64,000 nt of DNA. Source: Protoeuglena noctilucae. Its lineage: Eukaryota. Of the stretch, positions 50,769 through 62,398 are shown in pieces (within the stretch, counting starts at the first letter, position 1; each line of letters starts with the position of its first letter). The notes under the pieces are model-generated. The model was not told the DNA's origin. It saw only the letters and a program-made list of their open reading frames with translations, and did no database searches. The stretch spans positions 744,001 through 808,000 of the forward strand of contig OY253674.1 of assembly GCA_958009085.1 (NCBI GenBank). The letters are read 5' to 3'. The translations under genes and the position numbers were made by a program.

Positions 50769-51692
50769 ATGCCGACAGGAGGCGGCAAGATGTCTCCTAA
50801 AGCTCATCTCGACACAATGGCGGCTCATGCGAAGCGCTTGCGCATGGCTAGGCTCGAAAACGAGCTGCAGACCCCCTCCCAACGATGGGGGTTGCGCCTG
50901 CTGGGCACGGACAACTCGCTGCCCCACAGCACCGCGAAGGTGAGCACAGTGCCGCACAGCCAAGGCCGTGTGCGCTTCTCTCCTGGACCGACCCCCTCCC
51001 GCTGGAGCGTGCCCAGAGCCTGCTGACGGCCTTCGAGGCCGCGCCGGGGTCGGTGAAAGGGTACGTGTCGATGGAGCACATCCCCGGCATCATGGCAGCG
51101 ATGGGGCTGGAGATGAGCTCCGTGACGACGCGCAACGTGCTCGCCACAGCCCCCGAGTACAGGTTAGCTTGGTCGCACACACCCCCTGCATCGCACTGTG
51201 CGGCACCTCCTCGCCCGCCATTGTTTCGGCCCGTGCCCGCAGCTCCTTCCACGACAAGGCCCGCATGACCTTCAAGGACCTGCTGCTCTACTACGCCGAC
51301 CACTACCAGCTGGTGGACAAGTGGGGCGAAGACCACACCAAGGCGAGTGTCCCCGTGCGCGGCATGCAAGGGTCAGGCAGACGCCGCATCACAGCGCTGC
51401 GACGTGCGTAGCCGAGCCGCACCCGAGCGTGCCGCCGGGGCAGCGCAGCAACCCGCCTGCGTGTCGCGTTCCGCAGGCGTGCGAAACCATCGACGTGGAT
51501 GGGGACGGCGTCGTGGCGGCGGAGGAGCTGGTGCGCTGGCTGCGCCTCCTGAATATGGAAGTGACGCTGGAAGAGGCCACCAAGTTCCTCAAGGCAGCCG
51601 ACGTGGACGGCAACGGGGTGGTGGACTACCTCGAACTGTCTCGGGCCATCGCCTTCCGCGGATCCAGCCTCATGAAGCACAGCCGCAGCTGA
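50769..51692 (+). CDS. Calmodulin-like EF-hand protein, 4 exons; start at 50769 or 50790
   Basis: Canonical C-lobe loops 'DVDGDGVVAAEE' and 'DVDGNGVVDYLE'; the N-lobe is degenerate; intron 51343..51476 is GC-AG. Confidence 0.75.
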
Positions 51693-51745
51693 AGCGCAAC
51701 CGCCGTCTCGCTCCCCGACAGGGGTGCGCCCTCGCCCATATCCCG

Positions 51746-52393
51746 TCATCGGTCGGGGACGATCAGCTCGTCGACGTTCCAGTCCTCGTAAGAGCCGTCC
51801 GGCAAGAAGCGCCGAATGGTAAAGGGGATCTTCTTCTCCATGAGCTCCTGCGGCACGGTAGCTGGCGAGCAGCGTGTGGCTGGGAGCACGCAGCCATAGG
51901 CCTGGGTGCGGCGCCGAGCCTAGATGCGAGCACCCTCGCCTTCATTGCGATGTCGAGTGGGTCCGTCATGCCCTCGGGGTCCACCCGGAGCGGCGCGTTC
52001 ATGGAAATCTGCAGAGCGCGCGTGCCCAGGATGCGCGCACGCTCGTACTTCGTCATGTACCTGCACCGAGCATAGATTGAGGCTGTCTACTGACCAGCGT
52101 TGAAACGTAGTCACCGCATAACTCTCTGCGTTCTGTAACGTCACCTCGTCGTGATGCGGGGGCGCTCCCCGGCCCCTGCCGTCGGGTTTTGCAGGACCTG
52201 CACGCCCTGCTCCACATCCTGGCTGCCCTGATCCACGTCCATGTCTTCCTCACCGGCATCCCTGCGACAGGCGCGAGCACCAGGGTCAGGCGGGGCTCCA
52301 AAGAGACGCCGTCGCGCCGCACAACCGGAGAGGGTCCATGGGGCGAGCGGCCGGGTCGCCAGCGCACCCCTCCATCTCCGGATCATCCTTCAT
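51746..52393 (-). CDS. RPB6: RNA polymerase I/II/III shared subunit RPB6 (RPABC2), 4 exons
   Basis: '[64 protein letters not shown]'. Confidence 0.97.
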
Positions 52394-52727
52394 GTTCGCA
52401 GCTTCCGACCAACGCGCCCAGCGGCGCCCCAGAGGCCCCTCCCTGCCCCAAGTGTCGCAGACGTGCGCAACGAGTGAAAGGTCGGTTCAGGGCCAGATAC
52501 AGCGCCCCCGGGGTAACAATTGCTTGAGTGCTTCCAAGCTCTTCAAGATGATGGCCACGCCGGACCCTGGGAGTGGCTTTCGCTCCGGCGGCCGAAACCG
52601 GGTAGGGCAAGGCAGGGGCGGGTCCGACGCACTCTCCGTCGCCCCGGCGGCGCGTTTGCCGATCAGTGTAGCCGGGCGCCGCCTCGTAGTTGCCACGTGC
52701 GCCAGCCTCGACCCGACAGGAAGGGCG

Positions 52728-55700
52728 ATGGCGCCCGAAATCAAGATTTGGGGCCAGGGGTCCCGCCTGCTGCTATGCCGGATCGTGGCTGCTGCAGGTG
52801 AGACTTTTCGGCGCGAGGCATCGATGGCGTGAAGATGACGCACGGGCGCCCGCGTTCGCGACCGCCGTGCCGCGTGCCAGCCCCAAGCTGACCCGGCCGC
52901 TCCTGCGCTGGATTCCGGCCCTGCTCGCGTCGCGGGGGGTCTCCTGCACGCGTTGCCTTGCCGAGGGGTGTCGCGAGGGCCCGGGCCGCGATCCGCGATC
53001 CCCAGCGAGCGGAGCGCCCCTCCTGCGCCCGCAGCTGGGGTGGAGCTTGACGTCCGGCCCTTCAAGATGGGGGTCACCAACAAGACGCCCTGGTTCCTGG
53101 AGATGAACCCAATTGGCAAGGTGCGTGGAGATCTGCGCCTGCTGCGGCGCCCCGGCGGTGCTGCGGGGATCGACTCCGTGCGCGCTTTTGCGGGGGTCTC
53201 GCGCGGCGCGGCGGGGGGTATTCCTGGGCCCTCGCGCACGCGAGCGTTGATTAACACGCCAGAAATGCGCCGGGTGCTGCTTTCTGCGCCACCGAGGGCC
53301 CAACGAGCGTGGCGTGGCTTCCCTTGCTGTGTCGCAGATTCCCGTCGTCCTCACGCCGGACGGCCCGCTCTTCGAGTCCTCCGCCATCTGCAAGAACTTC
53401 TGCGAGATGAAGCAGGTGTTTGCGCTGGGTCGGCAGCGCCGGCTGGGGATGTGACCGGCATCACGCCATTCCCCCTCACCAGGCTCCCTTGGCCGCCCCT
53501 CGTTGCTGCAGTCGCCCCTGTACCCCGCCGACAACGCGGTGCGGACGCACATCGACTCGTGGATGGACTTCGCCAAGAGCCTCGGCCCGATCTCGCGCAC
53601 CACGGGCTACGCCGTGGTGGGGTGGGCCGCGTTCAACGCTGACGACTTTGCCGACGGCATCGCCGCGTACAAGCGGGCGTTGGACGGCCTCGAGCGGCAC
53701 CTCGCGGGCCGGGAGTGGCTCGTGGGGTCGTCCATCACCCTGGCGGACGTGCTGGCGGGCATGGAGCAGGCCCTGCTGTACATGTGCTTCTTCGAGAAGG
53801 ACATGCAGGCGGCCTACCCGGCGACCGCGCGGTGGTTCGAGCGCGTCTACAACAGCGACGTCGTGCAGAAGGTCGTCGGGTGAGACGCCGGCGCGCCTTG
53901 GAACCCCATGCGATTCGCAGCCTCTGCGCCTGCGACGAGCAAGCCGTGCTGGATCTGACCCCTCCCCAGGGCCCCCGTGCGCGCGCCCGAGGCGGCCGCC
54001 CAGCACGGGCAGGCGGTGTACGCCCAGGTCATGGGTCCCTTCATGGCCGCCGCCCGCGGGTCGCGCCCCGAGTGGGCCGGCGACGTGGTGCGCTCGACGT
54101 TCATCGAGTTCTTCCAGACCAAGCTGCACACCGCCTGGCCCTCGTCGCCCGTGGTGCCCGTCAACGACCCCACGCTCCTCTTCACCAACGCGGGCATGAA
54201 CCAGTTCAAGGCCATCTTCCTCGGCAAGGCCGACCCGGCGTCCGAGGTGCGAGACGTGGCATGACCGACCCACCGGGGGCTCTTGTCGTGACGCGATTTG
54301 GGGCGGCGAGGCGGTTGCGAAGGTGGCCGCGGAAGTGGCACCTGGCCGGCGGCTGCGTGCAGTCCACTTGGCGGCCCGTCTCGATGTGGCTGAGCCGGCC
54401 GTGCACTGCGTGCCGCGTCAATGCAGCTGCCCACCCGGCACATGTCGCCTCCGCGCGAGTCGTCCCTTCCTCTCCTCCTCCTCAGCTCGCCAAGCTGGTG
54501 CGCGCGGCCAACTCCCAGAAGTGCATCCGTGCGGGCGGCAAGCACAACGACCTGGACGACGTCGGCAAGGACGTGTACCACCACACGTTCTTCGAGATGC
54601 TGGGCAACTGGTCGTTCGGGGACTTCTTCAAGGAGGAGGCCATCGCGTGGGCCTGGGAGTTGCTGACGCAGGTGTACGGCCTGGCCAAGGAGCGCCTCTA
54701 CGCGACGTACTTCGGAGGCGATGCCAAGCAGGGCCTCGAGCCCGACGAGGAGGCGCGGCAGATCTGGCTGCGCTACCTCCCCGAGGACCACGTGCTCCCC
54801 GGGAGCGTCAAGGACAACTTCTGGGAGATGGGCGACCAGGGGCCGTGCGGGCCGTGCTCGGAGATCCACTACGACCGCATCGGGGGCCGCAACGCCGCCC
54901 ACCTCGTCAACATGGACGACCCCAACGTCCTCGAGATCTGGAACCTCGTGTTCATCCAGGTGAATGCAGTGCCCGGGTGTGGGAGACGCGCTGCGGGTGC
55001 CCCTGCCATCACACCGCTGTTGCTCACTGGTGTTTGGTTGACGAACCCGACGATGCGTTGCCCCGCTTGACACTGCACCCCCATTGGCAATGACAGTGTG
55101 CAATGCTGCATGCCTTCACAACCTCGTTGTGGTCCCCTGCCCCCGCAGTTCAACCGTGAGGAGGACGGGTCCCTGAAGCTCCTCCCCGCCAAGCACGTGG
55201 ACACGGGCATGGGCCTGGAGCGCATCACGTCCATCCTGCAGGGCAAGATGTCCAACTACGCCACCGACGTCTTCATGCCCATCTTCGACGCCATCCAGCG
55301 GCTGTCCGGGGCGCAGCCCTACACGGACAAAGTGGGCGCAGAGGACGTCGGGAGCAAGGACATGGCTTACCGCGTCGTCGCCGACCACATCCGCACCCTC
55401 TCCTTCGCCATCGCCGACGGCGCCCGGCCGGGCAACGAGGGCCGCGACTACGTCCTCCGCCGCGTGCTGCGCCGCGCCGTGCGCTACGGCTGCGAGAACC
55501 TCGGGGCGCCGCAGGGCTTCTTCTCTCAGCTCGTGGACCGCTTCATCGCCCACATGGGCGGGGCGTACCCGGAGCTGGTCCGCTGCCGCGACGTCATTGC
55601 CGAGGTCATCCGGGAGGAGGAGGAGTCCTTCTCGCGCACGCTGACCAAGGGCCTGCAGCGCTTCAAGGCCATCGCGGACGCCTCCACGTCCGGCCTCGTG

Positions 55701-57585
55701 TCCGGCGACGACGCGTTCCAGCTGTGGGACACGTACGGCTTCCCGGTGGACCTCACGCAGCTGATGGCGGAGGAGCGGGGCATGAAGGTGGACATGGGCG
55801 GGTTCGGGACGGCCATGGAGCAGGCCAAGGAGCGCTCGAGGGCCGGTCAGAAGAAGGGCGAGAAGGCGCTGCTCAAGTTCGAGGCGGAGGCCACCGGGTG
55901 GCTGCAGAAGAACGGCGTCGAGCGCACCGACGACTCGCCCAAGTACCAGCGCGCCAACATCAAGGTGCGGGGACACCGTCCCCGTCTGCTGGCGCTTGTT
56001 GGCTTGCCATGGGTTGCACTTGTGCTGGGCCGTCCGTGACGTCGCGCGGATCCCTTCCCCGCAGGCCAAGGTGCTGGCGATTCTGACGCCGGAGGGCTTC
56101 GCGGAGAAGGCGGAGGAGCAGGACCCGGTGGGCGTGGTGCTGGACCGCACCTCGTACTACGCCGAGCAGGGCGGTCAGGTGGCGGACTTCGGCGGCCTCA
56201 AGGGCGCGCGGTGCGCCGTGACCGTGTCCGACTGCCAGGCGGCGGCCGGGTACGTGCTGCACATGGGCAGCGTGGCCGGGTCGCTGGCGGTGGGCGACGA
56301 GGTCGAGTGCTGCGTCGACTATGTCCGGCGCGCGGCCATCGTCCCGAACCACACATTCACGCACGTGCTCAACTTCGCCCTGCGTGAGACGCTGGGGGAC
56401 GGCGTCGACCAGAAGGGCTCGATCGTCAAGCCGGACATGCTCCGCTTCGACTTCTCCCACCGCCAGGGGTGTACCACGGGTGAGTCGGCGCTCGTGTGCC
56501 CGTCCCGTCCACATCGGTGCCGCGCTTCTCATCCCACTTTATCTTCTCATCGCATCGTCGCGCTTCCCGCCTCACCCCATCTCTTCCTCACCCGGTCTCT
56601 CCTCCGTGGCCCTCTCCCCGCAGACGAGCTGGCCAAGGTGGAGGCCATCTGCCGCGACCACATCGCGCGCGCCATGCCTATCTTTTCCGCCGAGGTTCCC
56701 CTGGCCCAGGCCCGCGAGATCGAGGGCCTGCGCGCCGTGTTCGGGGAGACGTACCCGGATCCCGTCCGCGTGGTGTCGGTGGGGCGGTCGGTCGACGACC
56801 TGCTGAGCAACCCCAAGGAGGCGTCCAACCGGGGCTTCTCGATCGAGTTCTGCGGCGGCACGCACCTCTCCAACACGAGCGAGGGCGGCGCGTTCGTCAT
56901 CCTGTCCGAGGAGGCGGTGGCCAAGGGCATCCGCCGCATCGTGGCCGTCATGGCCCAGGACGCTGAGGCCGCCATGGCGCGCGGCGCGGAGCTCGAGGCG
57001 CGGGTGACGGCGGCGGAGGCCTTGGACGGCCCGGCGCTGGCCGAGGCGTGCGCGGCGCTGCGGGAGGCGGTGGACACGGCGACGGCGTCGGCGGTGGTCA
57101 AGGTGGCGCTTCGGGAGCGCATCGCCGCCATGGGCAAGCGGGTGGCGGCCGCGGCCAAGGCGGCCGCCGCGGAGGCCAAGCGGCGCTCGGCGGAGGCGGC
57201 GCTGGCGGCGGCGGCCGAGGCGCAGGGGCGGGGCGAGTGGTTCGCGGTGGTGCGGCTGGCGGACGAGGCGGATGGCAAGATGCTGGTCGACGCGTGGACG
57301 GCCGTGTCCAAGGCGCACCCGTCCTTTGCCATGGCCGTCGCCAGCCGCGACCCGACCAAGCAGAAGGTGCTGGTGCTGACGGGGGTGACGGACGACCTCA
57401 AGGCGCAGCTGGACGCCGGCAAGTGGCTGCAGGCGGCGCTGGACGTGCTGCAGGGCAAGGGCGGCGGGAAGCCCAACGTCGCGCAGGGCCAGGGGACGGT
57501 CGGGTGGTCGGACGAGGACGCTGCGGTCCTGGGCCAGGCGATGGAGGCCCTGACGCAGGCGGCGCAAGAGAAGCTCAAGATGTAA
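52728..57585 (+). CDS. AARS: Eukaryotic alanyl-tRNA synthetase carrying an N-terminal EF1B-gamma-type GST domain, 9 exons
   Basis: GST part: '[37 protein letters not shown]', 'HIDSWMDF', '[11 protein letters not shown]'. AlaRS part: '[15 protein letters not shown]', '[13 protein letters not shown]', '[15 protein letters not shown]', 'DTGMGLER', editing motifs 'NHTFTH' and 'EFCGGTH', C-Ala 'GKGGGK'; stop TAA 57583-57585. Confidence 0.93.
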
Positions 57586-57803
57586 TGACGGGAGCTCCCG
57601 CTTTTTCGGAGCTGTCGTCAGACTCGCTTTTTTAGCGCTTTCGTGTCGTTGATGTGCATCTGGCTGGGGATCACGCTGTTGAATGCGAAGCTGTTGATGC
57701 GAAGCCGACCGACGTGCAGCTCGAGCGAGCAAGGTTGTGCGCCTTCGCTCTCGCGCTGTGAGATCGGGGTGACGAGGGGCATGGCCGAGCCCATGGGGCG
57801 AAG

Positions 57804-58983
57804 ATGAGCGGGTTTCGGTACGTGCCGTTCGGAGAAGGTCCCGTGCGCGCTCTGTTGGCGGAATCCTTCGCAACTGCGGCTTGCGATCTCATGTCATGAA
57901 GAGGATGAAGAGGTTGAGCTGTGTGTCGGGACCCAGCTCGCTCTCTGCCAGCGCAGGGAGAGCATCGACCGGTGGATCCGTCTCCTCCCCCCCGAGGAGC
58001 GGATGAAGGCGTCTCTGGCCGCCGCTAGCGTCCTGTCGTCTTCTTTATCAAAAGAGGAGGTGCTCGCGAAGGTTTTGCCGGGACACTGGAAGGACTTCGT
58101 CGCGTGGCGGCAGTCCTCGCTGCAGGTCTTACAGCTCGACCCCAACGTCTCTGCCCGCGCGCGCCGTCTGCATCTCCGAGCTGCCTACGCGACGGACAAA
58201 ACGCTGCTCTCCCCCGTCGCGACGGTTCAGACGGTGAGAATTCATGGACGGCGACTGGGGAAAGGCTTGACTCTGCACCGCAGTGTGAGTGTCCCCGCCC
58301 GCACTGGTCTCCCCACCCGTGCAGGCGCCGCTGGAGCAGGCCAGCACGACGGCGACGGTGCGCTTGGTGGGGCTGCTGAACGACGTGGATCCCCAGGGCC
58401 GCGTGGGAGGCATCGCCGGGAGCCTGCGGGGCGCGCTGTGCCGACGGGCGGCCCGCCTGCGCACGCTAGAGCAGGCGACGCTGGCGACGACGCGCCTGGC
58501 TGTGCGGACACACAGCCAGCTTAAGGAGGTACAGTCTCAAGTGGCGGTGGTGTACAGGTGGGCGTGCAATGCGTGCAGAGAGTGCGACGTGTGCCTGGGC
58601 CAGACTGTGAGCCACGACGGGGTGCGAATCGGTCTTTGGCGTCGCAGGGAGCAGCCGTGCACGCTGTGTCGCGAGCCGGTGCAGAGCAAGCCCGAGGGAC
58701 TGGCGGTGTATGCGTGCGGTCACGTCTTCCACGCCCCATGCCGAAGCAAGGCGGCCAAGGTGGGTCAGTCTGTGCACCAGGCTGCCATTGCTGTCGCTTT
58801 CGATAACTTGGCGACGCTCGATCGACGGAGTGCGTGCAGGAGGTGACGGGCGTGGACGTGGTGGGGCTGGGGAACGAGTGCCCGATGTGCGGAGAGGGTG
58901 CCATCCGGCGAATCACGGCGGGCTTCGGGCCTGCCTCGTCGACGGAGGCCGAGGTTGCTTTGTGGGACACGCGGCCCAAGTAG
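57804..58983 (+). CDS. Short (~259 aa) Vps18/Pep3 C-terminus-like protein with RING-H2 finger, 5 exons
   Basis: Exons 57804-57817, 57957-58233, 58325-58557, 58648-58759 and 58840-58983 sum to 780 nt; 'VAVVYREQPCTLC..VYACGHVFHAPC..NECPMCGEGAIRRITAGF..W'. Confidence 0.62.
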
Positions 58984-59676
58984 ACGCAGCCACTGGCCTT
59001 GCTCGTTGGGCCTGGCGTCCCGAGGAGCCCTCAGCGCGCTGAAACCATGAAAAAGTGCCACCCAGTGATGGACACCGGTGTACTTTGGCTGTCCGGCATC
59101 CTGTCCCATCCTGTCTTGTGACCAACCAGGCCCTGCTTTGGCCCGTGGGCGTGCGTTTTGTGCCAGTAGCACGTGTCACCCCGCCTTTCGAGCGAAGCCG
59201 TCCAAGCCGAATGTCCGCAGTCGCGGATCTTCGTGGGCCCGCTGCGCTTCGGATCGTAGGGTAGATGACCAGCGTTTTGTTACGAGTGGCCTCCGGCTGC
59301 TCGTGCAGCTCGAGCGAGCCGCAGGGGACGCGGCCCCGGAGAGTGGTGGTGAGCATCCGGCGTGGGGTATGTTTGGAAGCCAGCATGCGTCCCGCACGGT
59401 CCTGCTCGAGGCCTCTGCGGCGCGCTGGCTCCTTATCCACGCGGCTTCGCCACCGGCATGTACAGTCGCCTCCCGTGGCCTCTGCTTTCCGCGGCAGCTT
59501 CGTAGTCCTTATAGCGTGCGAGCGTGCGGCGGCCGTTCGTCCTCGGACATCGCCTGGCGCTCCGATGGCCAGCGGCGCGCCCACCAGCGGTCGTAACGAA
59601 GACCACCGCGTCGCCCGGCCCGCGCGCCGGTCCCCGCCGGCTTGGCCTGATCGACTGTCCTCTTCGTTGACCGCAG

Positions 59677-62159
59677 CAGCGGCAGGTGGCAGTGCGGAGC
59701 AGCCGGCAGGCACGCCGTCCGCGGGTGGGCCAGGCGCTCGTATGCCGCGTGTCGTCGCTGACCCGCGAGAGCCTCGCGGGGATGTCCCCCGAGGACATCC
59801 AGGCCCGGCTGGAGCCCATGGGTTCCCCGCAAAGGCATCCGCTGGAGGACCGGGCCTCGAAGGTCCCCGCGTCGCACGTGCGCAACTTCAGCATCATCGC
59901 CCACATCGACCACGGCAAGTCGACGCTGGCGGACCGGCTGCTGCAGAAGACGGGCACCGTGGACGACCGGCAGATGACGGAGCAGTTCCTGGACAATAAC
60001 GAGATCGAGCGAGAGCGCGGCATTACCATCAAGCTCCAGAGCTCGCGCATGCGCTACGAGGCCAAGGATGGCCAGGTCTACTGCCTCAACCTCATCGATA
60101 CTCCCGGTGCGGCGCTGAGCGCGAGCGCAGCAGGCGTGCGTTGCATGAAGACCCGACGATGCCCCGCGCCCACATCGGCCATCGATTCAGATGCTGTGCA
60201 GCACTGCCGGCCGCCTTCATGTCCCGTCTCGCTCTTGCACGCAGGCCACGTGGACTTTTCGTACGAGGTGTCCCGGTCCCTGGCGGCCTGCGAGGGAGCG
60301 CTGCTGGTGGTCGACGCGGCACAGGGCGTGGAGGCACAGACGCTGGCCAACGTGTACCTCGCTTTGGAAAACGACCTAGAGGTGACATGAGAGGGCAGTG
60401 AGAGAGAATTCATGTGCCACGTGCGATTTACCCCAGGACTGATTCCAGGGAGCGAATCGTGCCTGCCGGCGGCGTGCACATGGATACGCGTCCGCACCCC
60501 GCAGATCATCCCTGTGATCAACAAGGTGGACCTCCCTGCGGCGGACCCCGAGCGCGTCATGCGCGAGATCGAGGAGGTGATTGGCCTGGGCTGCTCCAAC
60601 GCCGTCCTCTGCTCGGCCAAGAGCGGCCTGGGCGTCGGGGACGTGCTGGAGGCGGTCGTGAAGCGCGTCCCGCCTCCCAAGGACACGAGCGACCAGCCCC
60701 TGCGCGCCCTCATCTTCGATTCGTACTATGACGAGTACCGCGGCGTCATTGCCTACTTCCGTGTGGTCGACGGCGTCCTGAAAGCGGGCGACGCCATCCG
60801 CTTCATCAACACGGGATGCGAGTACGACGTCACGGAGCTGGGCGTCCTGTCGCCCTTCCAGACGCAGGCGAGGACGCTGACGCCGCCGCTGCGCTCGCTC
60901 CCTGACACCGGCTGTCACGGCTACTGCTATGTGCTCTATGCTGTGGCTTGGAGAGCACCCGGCCGCGTGTGAGGTTCGCCGCCCACAAACAACCTGCCGC
61001 TTCGTCGCCCTCAGGTCCCGGAGCTGAGGCCCGGGGAGGTGGGGTACCTGGCGGCATCGATCAAAACGGTGGCGGACGCGCGGGTGGGCGACACGATCAC
61101 TCTGAAGAAGCAGCCGGCGAGTGAGCCGCTGCCGGGGTACGAGGAGGCCCAGCCGATGGTTTTCTGCGGGATGTTCCCCACGGATGCCGACGATTTCCAG
61201 GACTTGCGCGAGGCCCTGGGCAAGCTGCAGCTGAACGACGCAGCCCTGCAGTTCGAGCCGGAGGTGTCGTCCGCGATGGGCTTCGGGTTCCGGTGAGCGC
61301 CGCGCAGCAGCCGCACTGGGTGGCAGCTGCGCACACCGGCGCTGCGCACACCGGCGGCATGGCGTGGCATGACGGTGACGCCACCCTCGCACGACTCGCA
61401 GGTGTGGCTTCCTGGGTCTGCTGCACATGGACGTTGTGAAGGAGCGCTTGGAGCGGGAGTTCGACATGGACCTGGTCATCACGGCGCCCACGGTGGTCTA
61501 CCGGTGCACCACCACAGACGGCGAGGTTCACATCATCCGCAACGCCTCGGAGCTCCCCGATGGCTCGAACAGGGAATTCATTGAGGAGCCCTTCTGGTGA
61601 GACGACATAAGTTACCGGCTGCTTGTGCGTTTTTTTTGTCACCGGCGGCTGCATGTGACGGACATTCGGGGTCTCTCACCCATGCCGCCCCCGCTGCCTG
61701 GTGCCGAGCTCTGCGCGCGTCCTGTGCTGCAGTTGGCTTGAGATGATCACGCCGAAGGACTACGTGGGCCCTCTGATGGACCTGGCCCAGACGCGGCGCG
61801 GGGAGCTGGTCAACATGGTGTACCTGACCGAGGAGCGCACAAGCCTGGTGTACAACATGCCGCTGGCGGAGGTGGTGACGGATTTCTTCGACGAGCTCAA
61901 GTCGCGGTCGCGCGGCTACGCGTCGATGGAGTACAAGCTGACCGACTACCGGCGCAACGACCTGGTCCGCCTGGACATCCGCATCAACCAGGAGCCCGTG
62001 GAGCCCCTGGCCCTCATCTGCCACCGGGACAACGCCTACCGCGTCGGCAAGGCGCTCGTGAACAGCCTGAAGGAGCTCATCCCGCGCCAGATGTTCCGCA
62101 TCCCCATCCAGGCGTGCGTGGGGAGCAAGGCCATCGCCTCGGCGGCCATCCAGCCCTTC

Positions 62160-62197
<38 letters not shown>

Positions 62198-62339
62198 GTC
62201 GCGCAAGAAGAAGCTCCTCAAGAAGCAGGCCGAGGGCAAGAAGCGGATGAAGCAGTTCGGCAAGGTCGAGGTCCCGCAGGAGGCCTTCATGGCCGTCCTG
62301 CGCGTCAGCAAGACGACCGAGGACGCAGGGGAAGCGTGA
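59677..62339 (+). CDS. LEPA: Translation factor LepA/GUF1 (EF4), probably chloroplast; 5' exon unresolved (likely upstream, ~59370-59590)
   Basis: '[21 protein letters not shown]', 'ERERGITIK', '[23 protein letters not shown]', 'NKVD', 'GFGFRCGFLG', '[31 protein letters not shown]'. Confidence 0.95.
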
Positions 62340-62398
62340 GCGGCGCACGTGCGTTTCGATACCGCGCCTTTAGAGTTCTATTGAAGTCGGATACAGCA

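Noticed and set aside
53847..57873. Long antisense and alternative-frame ORFs (e.g. 53847..55103, 56572..57873; also 39241..40959, 28258..29541)
   Set aside because: These are shadow ORFs caused by high GC3 on the opposite strand of real genes and carry no recognisable motifs.
58558..58647. In-frame Cys-rich segment 'CNACRECDVC' suggesting an extra metal-binding motif
   Set aside because: It is bounded by AG|GTGGG and GCAG, and its removal restores Vps18-like spacing, so it is best read as a 90-nt intron.
5370..61014. GC-AG introns as an introner (transposon-derived) family
   Set aside because: The introns I compared share no internal sequence similarity, common length or terminal inverted repeats beyond the donor motif.
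61326..61356. 15-bp direct repeat gctgcgcacaccggc x2 in a LepA intron
   Set aside because: A simple local slippage duplication with no sign of a mobile element.
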